Source of the DNA: Synechococcales cyanobacterium CRU_2_2
GTDB lineage: Bacteria > Cyanobacteriota > Cyanobacteriia > PCC-9006 > JAAUQQ01
Assembly (NCBI GenBank): GCA_012034805.1
Contig: JAAUOP010000001.1
Location: 38,843 to 102,842 of the forward strand
Direction: 5' to 3'
Length of the DNA stretch: 64,000 nucleotides
Under the pieces are notes generated by a model, which worked only from the letters and a program-made list of their open reading frames with translations, was not told the origin of the DNA and did not search any database. A program made the position numbers and the translations under genes. Numbering within the stretch: the first letter of the stretch is position 1; each line of letters begins with the position of its first letter. Of this stretch, positions 19,813 through 28,785 are shown piece after piece.

Positions 19813-21348
19813 TCAAAAAATGAGGTTAGCCAGAACTGGTGGTACCGGCAGAATAATCAAGAACAAGACGGCTAACGCCGCCAGTCCCAAACCATCCCGG
19901 CCATTATCCAACTCGCTGACATCATTCAGGGCAGGCTCATCCACGGTGGGAATCAAAAACAACATAATTGCCCAGATCAGCAGCTCCTTTTGAACCAATG
20001 ACAGCAGCAGGACCAACAGCCGAGCCACCTGACCAATCATCGCACCAACTTTTTGGCCAAACATCGCGTGAACCAGATGACCGCCGTCCAGCTGGCCAAT
20101 AGGCATCAGATTCAGGGCTGTGACCACCAGGCCAAGATAGCCCGCGATCGCCACCGGATGCAGGGCCAGCGCCCCATTCACCGTGAGCTCGTTGCCCAAC
20201 ACCAGACGCCCCAACAGCATGACAAAAATTGAATACCGAGGATTCAAGGCACTAAAGTTCAGTAGGCCATTGTTGGGATCTAGGGGCACAACCTCGGAAT
20301 GGGCCAAGCCCCAAGCCAGCAGCGGCAGTGTTGCCACCAGCCCCGCCAGGGGGCCAGCAATGCCCACATCAAACAGCGTTTTGCGATCGGGCATCGGCGA
20401 GCGGATTTGAATGAACGCCCCGAAGGTTCCAAGAAACGACGGTGCCGGGATGAAATAGGGCAGTGACGTATTCAGCTTGTAGCGCCGCGCCACTCCAAAA
20501 TGCCCACCCTCGTGAATCCCCAGAATCAGCAGCAGCGGCAGCGCGTAGGGCAACCCCTGACGCAGCAGATCAGGTTGCTGGGCAATGGCCTCAAAGGAGT
20601 CTACAGGGAAGCCCGCCATCCCCATTCCCACCAGCGTCGTGGTCACCAGCGTCAGGAGCAACAGCACCAGGGCCAAACCATAACGGTAGCGGGTTGTTTT
20701 GCGCCGAGTCGCGGGTTGGTGCGTCGTGGTTTGCTGGCGATGGGGGTTAGGCACGAGGGCAAAGAAAGGCTTACCGCTCAGGTCTTCTTGGAGTAGGAGC
20801 AAGAAGCGATCGCCAAACACCCCCCGAACCTTTTCCTCAACAACGGCATAGGCCTGAGCCGGAGCTATCCGCAGCTGTCCTTGGCAAATCACCGCTTGGA
20901 GGCGATATTCGATTTTGTGTAAAAAATAGGTCGAGAGCGAAAAACATCGCCGCAAATCGGCCTCTTCCTCGGCATTCAGCGGCGGCTTGGGGGAGGAAAA
21001 GTCTGGCTTGGGCATGGTGCTGTTGGAATGTTCCTCACTGCGATGTTGCATCGCCGAACTGGAAGCGTCCGATTTTTGAGGTGACGGTCGCCAACGGGCC
21101 AACAAAAACAAGTAGAGCAGCAGACACAGAAAAAACGGCCCCAGGATCAGTGGCAGCGGAATCGGCTGCTCCTTAACGGGATGGAGAAGTTCCCAGAGCG
21201 TCCAAATCATGGCAGGTGCCATCATCACGAGCCAGAGCGCCCCCAGCCGACCGACTGAGAGGAGGGGGATACTCCGCCTCAGGATGATGTACGTCAGCAA
21301 TCCCAGGATTGCGAGCCAGAACAGGATGGCGGGCCAGAACAGTGTCAT
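19813..21348 (-). CDS. Site-2 protease (peptidase M50) membrane metalloprotease
   Basis: HEGGH (HExxH), DVGIAGPLAG, LNLMPIGQLDGGH, multiple TM helices. Confidence 0.92.
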   Translation of the reverse strand: MTLFWPAILFWLAILGLLTYIILRRSIPLLSVGRLGALWLVMMAPAMIWTLWELLHPVKEQPIPLPLILGPFFLCLLLYLFLLARWRPSPQKSDASSSAMQHRSEEHSNSTMPKPDFSSPKPPLNAEEEADLRRCFSLSTYFLHKIEYRLQAVICQGQLRIAPAQAYAVVEEKVRGVFGDRFLLLLQEDLSGKPFFALVPNPHRQQTTTHQPATRRKTTRYRYGLALVLLLLTLVTTTLVGMGMAGFPVDSFEAIAQQPDLLRQGLPYALPLLLILGIHEGGHFGVARRYKLNTSLPYFIPAPSFLGTFGAFIQIRSPMPDRKTLFDVGIAGPLAGLVATLPLLAWGLAHSEVVPLDPNNGLLNFSALNPRYSIFVMLLGRLVLGNELTVNGALALHPVAIAGYLGLVVTALNLMPIGQLDGGHLVHAMFGQKVGAMIGQVARLLVLLLSLVQKELLIWAIMLFLIPTVDEPALNDVSELDNGRDGLGLAALAVLFLIILPVPPVLANLIF

Positions 21349-21511
21349 TCTTGATAGGGTCGAGCTGTAGATAGTTTCGATCGAATCACTAGGTAACCAG
21401 TACCCTTCTCATTCTCCCACTTTCATTCTGGAACGGGGGGAACCCGTTAAGTGCTATGAAGCATACCCTCAGAACCTACCTTCGGAGATCAAGCCCCTGG
21501 AGATAAAGCCC

Positions 21512-22288
21512 TTGTCCATGACCTCATTTACACCTGGATTTACATCTGCTGATACACCTGCCGACTTGATGCCTGAATTATTGACGCCTGGACAAACACC
21601 TAAGCCGATGCCTGCTTTCCAGGCAGAATTGTCGGACGGGAAGGCTCCCCAGTCAGTATTCCCTCGAGTTGTTGCTTTTCCACCCAATCGAGCCACCTTG
21701 GGAGGCACAGCTTACCTGATTGAAACGATCGCAGGTCATGTCCTGGTGGACAGTCCGCCCTGGACCCAAACGACGCGGGACTATTTGTTGACCAGGGGAG
21801 TCCGCTGGTTTTTTCTGACCCAGCGCGGTGCAATCGCCCAGGTCAAAGCCATCCAAGCCGTGCTCAATTGCGAAATCATCATCCAAGAGCAAGAAGCCTA
21901 TTTGCTGCCCAACCTCAAACCGACAACGTTCCATCGCGAGCTAGCCCTGTCGGAGGAACTGACGCTGCTCTGGAGCTGTGGCGTTTCACCGGGCTCGTCT
22001 TGTCTGCATTGGCGAGGTGAGGGCGGGGTGTTGTTCTCGGGGCGACACCTGCTGCCCACGCGATCGGGTGACGTTGCGCCCCTGCGGACTGCGAAGACGT
22101 TTCACTGGGAGCGTCAACTGCGCAGCGTAGCGGCATTGCGCGATCGCTTCTCCCCCGAAACGCTGCAATATCTTTGTCCTGGGGCCAGCATTGGCTTTTT
22201 GCGCGGTCAATATTGCGTTGCGGATGCTTATGAAAAATTGCGATCGCTCAACCTAGCAGCACTGCACAAAGCCAAACCCAGTCTGTGA
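21512..22288 (+). CDS. Metallo-beta-lactamase-fold protein (cyanobacterial type); start uncertain
   Basis: AFPPNRATLGGTAYLI..VLVDSP, IIIQEQEAYLLP, SPGSSCL..GGVLFSGRHLLP..PLRTAKTFHW. Confidence 0.8.
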   Translation: MSMTSFTPGFTSADTPADLMPELLTPGQTPKPMPAFQAELSDGKAPQSVFPRVVAFPPNRATLGGTAYLIETIAGHVLVDSPPWTQTTRDYLLTRGVRWFFLTQRGAIAQVKAIQAVLNCEIIIQEQEAYLLPNLKPTTFHRELALSEELTLLWSCGVSPGSSCLHWRGEGGVLFSGRHLLPTRSGDVAPLRTAKTFHWERQLRSVAALRDRFSPETLQYLCPGASIGFLRGQYCVADAYEKLRSLNLAALHKAKPSL

Positions 22289-22307
22289 ACCGGATGGAAC
22301 GATGGGT

Positions 22308-23843
22308 CTAGAGGGAAAGATGGTGAGCCAGGGTTTGGGCCATGTTTGGGCTTTCGGTGATGGCTTGGGCGACGCCTGCGGAAACTTGCGCCGCGATCGC
22401 CGTCATCGTCACCTCACTCAGGGTCATAAATCCCTGGGGCCAAATTCCAAAAGCAATAATCAAACCCGCCAATACAAACGACGGAACATGTTCCCTCAGC
22501 GTCACCCGGCGCAAATCGGAAAACGCGTCGGGCAATCGGCCAAAAAAGGCCCGATTGAGCAACAGTAAGAAATAGACCGACGTCAACCCCGTCCCCACCA
22601 TGCAAAGCAGTGTCTGTAACGGAAAAGCACCATAGCTGCCCCGAAAAATTGAAAACTCCGCCACAAAACCCATCAGCCCTGGCAACCCACTGCTGGCCAT
22701 TGCCGCCAAAATCATCAGCGAACCGACGATCGGCAACCCACGCTCTGGCGTCAGCAAGCCACTGAGCACCGTCAGGTCGCGGGTACCCGTACGGTTATAA
22801 ACAAACCCCACCAGCAAGAATAGCAGCGCCGAAATCAAGCCATGGCTGACCATTTGCGCGACGGCCCCGGTGAGGCTCAGGGGCGTCGCGGCGGCCAAGG
22901 CCAAGATGATGTAGCCCATGTGTCCGATGGAGCTGTAGGCCACCAGCTTTTTCATATCCTGCTGCGCGATCGCATTGAGCGAGCCATAAATCGTACTGAC
23001 CACGGCCAACACCGCCAAGGCCGGTGCAAATACCTCCCAAGCCTGGGGCAACAGCCCCAGACCAAACCGCAGCAAACCATAGGTTCCCAGCTTGAGTAGC
23101 ACCCCCGCCAACAGCATCGACACTGGCGTCGAGGCTTCGACGTGGGCATCGGGGAGCCAGGTATGCAACGGCACGATCGGCACTTTGATCCCAAAGGCAA
23201 TCAACATCACGGAGAGCAGGAGAATTTGCTGGCCGAGACTGAGCCGCTCCGCCACCGTCGAGTCGTAGGCAAAAGACCCGGTGCCGCCCAGGGCTGCAAG
23301 TCCCAGTACACCCAGCAGCAGAAAAATGCCGGAAATCGCTGTGTAAATCAAAAACTTGGTCGAGGCATACCCGCGCCGTTTACCGCCCCAAATGGCAATC
23401 AAGAGGTACAGCGGAATCAGCTCAAGTTCATAAAAAACAAAAAACAGCAACATATCCTGAGCCAAAAATGCCCCCGTGACGCTGCTACTGAGTAGCAACA
23501 TCAAGCTGTAGTAGAGGCGCGGACGCAGTAGATGTTGATCGCTCGCGCAGATCACCAAAATCAGCAGTAGGGCATTGAGCAGCACCAAGGGCAACGACAG
23601 TCCATCCACCCCCAACCGATAGGAGAGGCCTAAAGGTTCAACCCAGGGCAGCTGTTCGCTCCACTGCAATCCGGGGTTTGCAGCATCAAATTGCCAAAAG
23701 ACAATCAGCGAGAGGACGAAGACGAGGCCCGCCGTAACCCCGGCGATGATGCGCGCGAGATTTTGAGTGGAGCCGGCTTCTCCGGGCAACATCGCCACGA
23801 CAATTGCTGCCACAAGCGGCAGTCCAATGAGAGCACTGAGCAT
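22308..23843 (-). CDS. ndhD4: NDH-1 subunit D/M of the CO2-uptake type (NdhD4-like)
   Basis: LGVDGLSLPL, FFVFYELELIPLYLLIAIWGG, PLHTWLPDAHVEASTP, LKLGTYGLLRFG, AYSSIGHMGY, PERGLP. DAHVEAST favours D4 over D3. Confidence 0.85.
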   Translation of the reverse strand: MLSALIGLPLVAAIVVAMLPGEAGSTQNLARIIAGVTAGLVFVLSLIVFWQFDAANPGLQWSEQLPWVEPLGLSYRLGVDGLSLPLVLLNALLLILVICASDQHLLRPRLYYSLMLLLSSSVTGAFLAQDMLLFFVFYELELIPLYLLIAIWGGKRRGYASTKFLIYTAISGIFLLLGVLGLAALGGTGSFAYDSTVAERLSLGQQILLLSVMLIAFGIKVPIVPLHTWLPDAHVEASTPVSMLLAGVLLKLGTYGLLRFGLGLLPQAWEVFAPALAVLAVVSTIYGSLNAIAQQDMKKLVAYSSIGHMGYIILALAAATPLSLTGAVAQMVSHGLISALLFLLVGFVYNRTGTRDLTVLSGLLTPERGLPIVGSLMILAAMASSGLPGLMGFVAEFSIFRGSYGAFPLQTLLCMVGTGLTSVYFLLLLNRAFFGRLPDAFSDLRRVTLREHVPSFVLAGLIIAFGIWPQGFMTLSEVTMTAIAAQVSAGVAQAITESPNMAQTLAHHLSL

Positions 23844-23976
23844 GGTTTACCTGTTGATCCTGCCTGAATCCTGTGGGCCGAAGCGATCGCAAAATATATT
23901 GCAAAATATTGGCTTCAAGCTATCGATCAATCTACCCTGAAACGGGATCGCCTGTAGAGCCTGGGTTTGTTCGCAC

Positions 23977-24003
23977 AAAAAGCCCACGGTGTGGGGCTTT
24001 TTT
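23977..24003. terminator. Bidirectional-type terminator downstream of hli
   Basis: AAAAAGCCCAC-GGT-GTGGGGCTTTTTT. Confidence 0.7.
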
Positions 24004-24061
24004 GCTCTTACCTCTAATCCCTAAAAAGGGGACAAGAATCAGGCTCACTCGATCAAACGCG

Positions 24062-24202
24062 TTACATCAAACCAATTTGAGACAGGATGCCTTGACCGGT
24101 CAGCAGTTCAGTTGCCAGACCGACCACGAAACCCAGCATTGCCAAGCGGCCATTCCAGGTTTCTGCAATTTGGGTGAAGCCGAACTTGTTGGAGTTTTCC
24201 AT
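24062..24202 (-). CDS. hli: High-light-inducible protein (HLIP/SCP)
   Basis: FGFTQIAETWNGRLAMLGFVVGLATELLTGQGILSQIG (ExxNGRxAMLG). Confidence 0.95.
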   Translation of the reverse strand: MENSNKFGFTQIAETWNGRLAMLGFVVGLATELLTGQGILSQIGLM

Positions 24203-24243
24203 TGCCTTAAACCTCTGAAGAGTTTTTTGTTTCGAACTGCGCT

Positions 24244-24261
24244 CTGTAAACATAATGTAAC
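24244..24261 (-). promoter_or_regulatory. HLR1-like (RpaB) direct repeat upstream of hli
   Basis: Minus strand GTTACATT-ATG-TTTACAGA; spacing is one nt longer than the canonical motif. Confidence 0.45.
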
Positions 24262-24481
24262 GCAAGGTTAAGCAATGCGCAACATTTCCCCAAGGTGAGA
24301 AAACCGCACCTCAAACAGGCTCAAGAAGCCTATCTTAAAAGGCTTCTTAAATGTTGTTGGCAATACATTTTTGCGAAAAATGGCGCTAGGGTTGGTCTGA
24401 CTTTGAGCAAAAAAATGTAAAGTAAGTTACCAAAAAAGCCATAATGTGCATAGTCTTATCGGTCGAGTTGGCCCCAAGGAT

Positions 24482-25522
24482 ATGCCCAAGCAAAAAGCCG
24501 CCTTACCCCCCAATTTGATCATCAAACTCGGTCGCTGGGGCTGGGAAACAGTCTGGCACGTGATGATGTCTCAGATGGCTCCGCGTAGCAAGGCTGGTGC
24601 TTATGTCAGACCCGAGAGCGAATTTCGGCAGCGGCTGGGCGACGTGTCGTCTCAGTTTCCGGCAGCGGCTGGGCGATACCATTTGTTAGTTGGTATGAGT
24701 TGTCCTTGGGCGCACCGGACGTTGGTGGTGCGAGCGCTCAAGGGTCTCAAAAACGCAATCCCGATCACCGTCTTGCGTCCTTCGCCCGAAGCTGGGGGCT
24801 GGATTTTTGAGCAGCCCTTTGAGCCACGTTCTAACCCCGCCGGTTCTAATCTCGCCAGTTCTTACCCCTGTCAGTCTTTGGCCCAATTTTATGCCCAGGC
24901 CCACCCCGGTTACGGCGGACGTAATACGGTGCCAGTGCTGTGGGACAGTCAGACGAATGCGATCGTCAATAACGAAAGTTCGGAGATTATCGTCATTCTC
25001 AACGAAGCGTTGAACGAATTTGCCGAAAACCCTGACTTAGACCTCTACCCCGAGGCGTTGCGTCCATCGATTGACGCGTGGAATACCAAAATCTACGAAG
25101 CGATCAATAACGGGGTCTATCGCTGCGGTTTTGCCCAAACCCAGGCCGCCTACGATAGGGCGGTGAACGAATTATTTGGGGCGCTCGATGAAATTGATGC
25201 CCTGTTGGCGACTCGGCGGTATGTGTGCGGTGATCACCTCAGCCTCACCGATGTGCGGCTGTTTACGACGCTGATTCGGTTTGACGTGGCGTATTTTGGC
25301 ATTTTTAAGTGCGATCGCCGCCGCATCATCGAATACCCCCAGCTCAGCGGTTATATGCGCGATATCTATCAACTCCCCGGCGTCGCCGACACCTGCGACA
25401 TTGCTGCCGTCAAACGGGACTACTACGGCAATCTTTTTCCGCTCAACCCCGGCGGCATTATTCCCACCGGCCCCAACCTCGACTTCCTCACCCAGCCCCA
25501 TGGACGTGAGGCGCTGCCATAA
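24482..25522 (+). CDS. Glutathione S-transferase, glutathionyl-hydroquinone reductase (YqjG/Xi class)
   Basis: CPWAHRTL, TVPVLWD..IVNNESSEII, INNGVYRCGFAQTQAAYD, RLFTTLIRFD. Confidence 0.92.
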   Translation: MPKQKAALPPNLIIKLGRWGWETVWHVMMSQMAPRSKAGAYVRPESEFRQRLGDVSSQFPAAAGRYHLLVGMSCPWAHRTLVVRALKGLKNAIPITVLRPSPEAGGWIFEQPFEPRSNPAGSNLASSYPCQSLAQFYAQAHPGYGGRNTVPVLWDSQTNAIVNNESSEIIVILNEALNEFAENPDLDLYPEALRPSIDAWNTKIYEAINNGVYRCGFAQTQAAYDRAVNELFGALDEIDALLATRRYVCGDHLSLTDVRLFTTLIRFDVAYFGIFKCDRRRIIEYPQLSGYMRDIYQLPGVADTCDIAAVKRDYYGNLFPLNPGGIIPTGPNLDFLTQPHGREALP

Positions 25523-25575
25523 AACTCTGTCAAAAACGACGGTCATAAAACTCTGTCAAAAACGACGGTCACAAA
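25520..25575. repeat. 26-bp direct duplication starting at the GST stop codon
   Basis: TAAAACTCTGTCAAAAACGACGGTCA x2. Confidence 0.8.
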
Positions 25576-25642
25576 CGGCGCGATAATGGAATCTGGAGCC
25601 CTCACTGTTGACGCGCTGGGATTGACCGCGCTGTGATTAGCC

Positions 25643-26545
25643 ATGCCTACCGCCCCTTTGCTGTTGATCTTAGACACCGAAACCAGCGGCATCAACGTAG
25701 CCCAGCATGAAGTCTTGGAAATTGCGGCGGTGCTTTACTCCGTAGAACACCAATGCAGCTTGCAGCAAATTAGCACACTGATTCCCACGGATCTGGAGAC
25801 CAACCCTGCCGAGGCGATTAACCGAATTTCGATTGCCGCCGCCAATGCCACGCCGCCGGAGCTGAGCGACTATTTGTGCCAAACCATTAACTATTGGGGA
25901 GCGATCGCCCAACACGTCGTCGCCCATAACGCCGAATTCGATCGCAAATGGTTCAAAAATCACCCCATCCTGGCTGATCTCTACGATCGCCCTTGGCTTT
26001 GCACTTGCCACGATTTCACCTGGCCCAAGCAGCACAAACCCGGTCAAAAACTCATTGACCTAGCCTTGGCTCACGGCATTGGGGTCAGCAGTGCCCACCG
26101 TGCCCTCACCGATTGCCAGTTGTTGTCTGCCCTGTTCGATCGCATGGAAGATTTGCCGGGGCTGATTGCAGCGGCCGCGAGCCCCAAACGGTTGGTGCGG
26201 GGAGATGTTTCCTATGGCGATCGCCAACTGGCCAAAGACGCCGGTTTCCGCTGGGATGGGGACAGCAAGCAGTGGCTCTGTAAGCTGAGCGAGAATGAGT
26301 TGGCCAAACTCCCCTTCAGGTACACGGTACTAGAGAGCGCTGTACCCGAGGGTGCTGCACTACCGGGAACTGCACTACCAGGCACTGCACCAGAGCAGGC
26401 CGATTCCAGAAGTACCGAGCCTAAAACATCCGAAAAGGTCTCCGGCAAGACGGTAGCCCCCATTCAGTCCCCCCTCGAGCATCCTGTCGTTAAATTCAGC
26501 AAAGTTGCGGATGACACTATCCCGTTCCAGGTCAAATCCCCGTAA
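25643..26545 (+). CDS. DEDDh 3'-5' exonuclease (DnaQ/PolIII-epsilon-like)
   Basis: ExoI LDTETSG, ExoII HNAEFD, ExoIII AHRALTDC; extra motif DVSYGDRQLAKDAGFRWD..KQW. Confidence 0.88.
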   Translation: MPTAPLLLILDTETSGINVAQHEVLEIAAVLYSVEHQCSLQQISTLIPTDLETNPAEAINRISIAAANATPPELSDYLCQTINYWGAIAQHVVAHNAEFDRKWFKNHPILADLYDRPWLCTCHDFTWPKQHKPGQKLIDLALAHGIGVSSAHRALTDCQLLSALFDRMEDLPGLIAAAASPKRLVRGDVSYGDRQLAKDAGFRWDGDSKQWLCKLSENELAKLPFRYTVLESAVPEGAALPGTALPGTAPEQADSRSTEPKTSEKVSGKTVAPIQSPLEHPVVKFSKVADDTIPFQVKSP

Positions 26546-26626
26546 CATAACGGATTGATAAGTTTCTGATGCCGGTTCTGACGCGCTCCATTACCATTAA
26601 ATTAATTAAAAACGTTAAGAAACTTT

Positions 26627-27979
26627 ATGAACTCGGCTCTCCTCAACCCAGTCGCGCTTCAGCTCAATAATCCAACGGTTCACACGCTTCCCAACGGACT
26701 TAAAATTATTGCCGAGCGAATGCCCGTTGAGGTGATGTCCCTTGACATTTGGGCGCGGGTTGGCTCGGCGATCGAATCCGATGAGATCAACGGCATGGCC
26801 CATTTCCTTGAGCACATGGTGTTTAAGGGAACCGATAAACTCAGGGCCGGAGAATTTGAACGCCGGGTAGAAGAGCGTGGTGCTGTCATGAATGCTGCCA
26901 CCAGCCAAGACTATACCCATTTCTATATCACCTGCGCCCCCCAGGACTTTGCCCTGCTGGCTCCGCTGCAGCTCGATTTGGTCTTCAATCCCAGTATTCC
27001 CGACACAGATTTTGAAGCCGAGCGCCAAGTCGTTCTCGAAGAAATTCGTCGCGCTGAGGACAGCCCCCAGCGCCGCAGCTATACCCACATGGTAGAAGCT
27101 GCCTTTGAGCGCCTCCCCTATCGCCGTCCGGTGCTGGGGCCGAGCTCGGTGGTTGAGCGCCTCACGCCCCAACAAATGCGGGATTTTTATTACGCCTGGT
27201 ATCGGCCTGAGAATTTGACGATTGTGGCGGTGGGCAATTTGCCGGTGGAAGCGATGATCGAAACGATTGTCGAAAATATTCCCCAGGTTTTTCATGAGCG
27301 GACAGCCGCTGCGATCGCGACTCTCCCGGCTATGCCAGAGTCTGCGATGGCCGGATCTGACCCACCCTCTTCTGGGACACCGGAGCCCGCCTTTGGACAA
27401 GTCGAACGCCACGAATTTACGGATCCGACGCTGCAACAGGCGCGGCTGATGATGACTTGGCGGGTGCCCGGTCTTCAGCACCTCGACCAAACCTATGCCC
27501 TAGATGTGTTGTCGTCAATTTTGTCCCACGGGCGCACATCGCGGTTGGTGCAGGATTTGCGGGAGACGCGATCGCTCGTCACCAGTATCTCCGCAGGCAA
27601 CACAGACTATTGGGTTCAGGGCCTCTTTACGGTGTCAGCGCGGCTGCCAGAAGAAAATCTAGAGTTGGTAGAGGCCGCAATTTTGCAGCACCTGCGTGAG
27701 CTACAAACCTGCTTGGTGAAAGCCTCGGAGATTCAGCGAGTGCGCACCCAGGTGGCGAATCGGTTTGTGTTTGGCAATGAACGACCGAGCGATCGCATGG
27801 GGCTCTACGGCTACTACCAAACCCTGATCGGCGACTTAGAACCCGCCTTTAACTACCCCACCATTATCCGCAATGTCACCGCAGAAGATGTCCAGGAAGC
27901 TGCCCTACGCTACCTACCCACAGATGCCTACAGCCTGGTGATGATTCGCCCTGAATCTGCTCAAACTACGGTCAATTGA
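26627..27979 (+). CDS. M16 (pitrilysin/insulinase) zinc peptidase
   Basis: GMAHFLEHMVFKGT (HxxEH), NAATSQDYTHF, ERQVVLEE. Confidence 0.93.
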   Translation: MNSALLNPVALQLNNPTVHTLPNGLKIIAERMPVEVMSLDIWARVGSAIESDEINGMAHFLEHMVFKGTDKLRAGEFERRVEERGAVMNAATSQDYTHFYITCAPQDFALLAPLQLDLVFNPSIPDTDFEAERQVVLEEIRRAEDSPQRRSYTHMVEAAFERLPYRRPVLGPSSVVERLTPQQMRDFYYAWYRPENLTIVAVGNLPVEAMIETIVENIPQVFHERTAAAIATLPAMPESAMAGSDPPSSGTPEPAFGQVERHEFTDPTLQQARLMMTWRVPGLQHLDQTYALDVLSSILSHGRTSRLVQDLRETRSLVTSISAGNTDYWVQGLFTVSARLPEENLELVEAAILQHLRELQTCLVKASEIQRVRTQVANRFVFGNERPSDRMGLYGYYQTLIGDLEPAFNYPTIIRNVTAEDVQEAALRYLPTDAYSLVMIRPESAQTTVN

Positions 27980-28368
27980 TTGAGGTTGGCTTGCCGAGCG
28001 ATTTCCTCATCTCCAGCACCTTGGGCAACCCAGGAGAAGCATTGCTCAATCAGGCGATGAACCTGGTGTCGATCCCGAGATTGGAACTGCACAATCACGT
28101 CATCCCAACCCCCTTTGAGTAGGGTTAGGCGGTAGAAACCTTCGGGATTAGCCTCGGGATACCAACCGAGGTCAAATGCATACCCGCTTTGATCGACGAC
28201 CCAGCCGCCGCCATCAAATCGCAGTGGTTCGATAACGAGCAAATCTTCGCTGTAGAATTCGTCATTCACGATGACGCCATCATTCACCACGGGGTCCACG
28301 TCGCCGAAAGCATGGTGAGTGACGGCCCAGCCGCCTGGAATCTTGATCGAAAATAATTTTTCGTACAT
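27961..28368 (-). CDS. Putative immunity protein of a polymorphic toxin
   Basis: Acidic 135-aa protein with 'IPGGWAV..DP..EDLL..DLGWYPEANPEG.YRL' pattern; GGAAGG RBS lies directly after the upstream toxin-like gene's stop. Confidence 0.6.
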   Translation of the reverse strand: MYEKLFSIKIPGGWAVTHHAFGDVDPVVNDGVIVNDEFYSEDLLVIEPLRFDGGGWVVDQSGYAFDLGWYPEANPEGFYRLTLLKGGWDDVIVQFQSRDRHQVHRLIEQCFSWVAQGAGDEEIARQANLNQLTVV

Positions 28369-28376
28369 AGCCTTCC

Positions 28377-28727
28377 TTACCGTTTTAACCTCGGATGGGA
28401 ATGGATCGCGGGTTGACCACTATGGGCACCCGTTAATTCAGCCCTGAGCCAGTAGGCATCTTTACCATCAGCATAGCCAATTTGTTCTGAATACTCTTGG
28501 TAGGCGTGATAAGTACCATCACCTTTATCTACGATTTCCCCTACCCGCAACGTATCTTGCTCTAGTTTTTTCACAACCTCCGCTGTCATGGCATAAAGGA
28601 ACTGGCTCGGGGTATTGTTTTCGCTATTCTGACGACGCTGCTCTTCCGAGTTTCCTCTCCAGTGCTTACCCCTAGAATATTGGGCAGGCGGAATATGAAC
28701 GGCTGCGGTGATCAGGTCTCTCAACAT
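28377..28727 (-). CDS. Putative RNase toxin domain (BECR/EndoU-like) with no delivery domain
   Basis: 116 aa: GKH..., ..LE..., IGYADGKDAYWLRAELT...IHSHP; resembles Rhs/CdiA C-terminal nuclease tips. Confidence 0.55.
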   Translation of the reverse strand: MLRDLITAAVHIPPAQYSRGKHWRGNSEEQRRQNSENNTPSQFLYAMTAEVVKKLEQDTLRVGEIVDKGDGTYHAYQEYSEQIGYADGKDAYWLRAELTGAHSGQPAIHSHPRLKR

Positions 28728-28785
28728 TACTGGGCAGGATTTCTGTGATCAGTGGTTTGTTTATTATCTGAGAGGGCAAGCCCAC

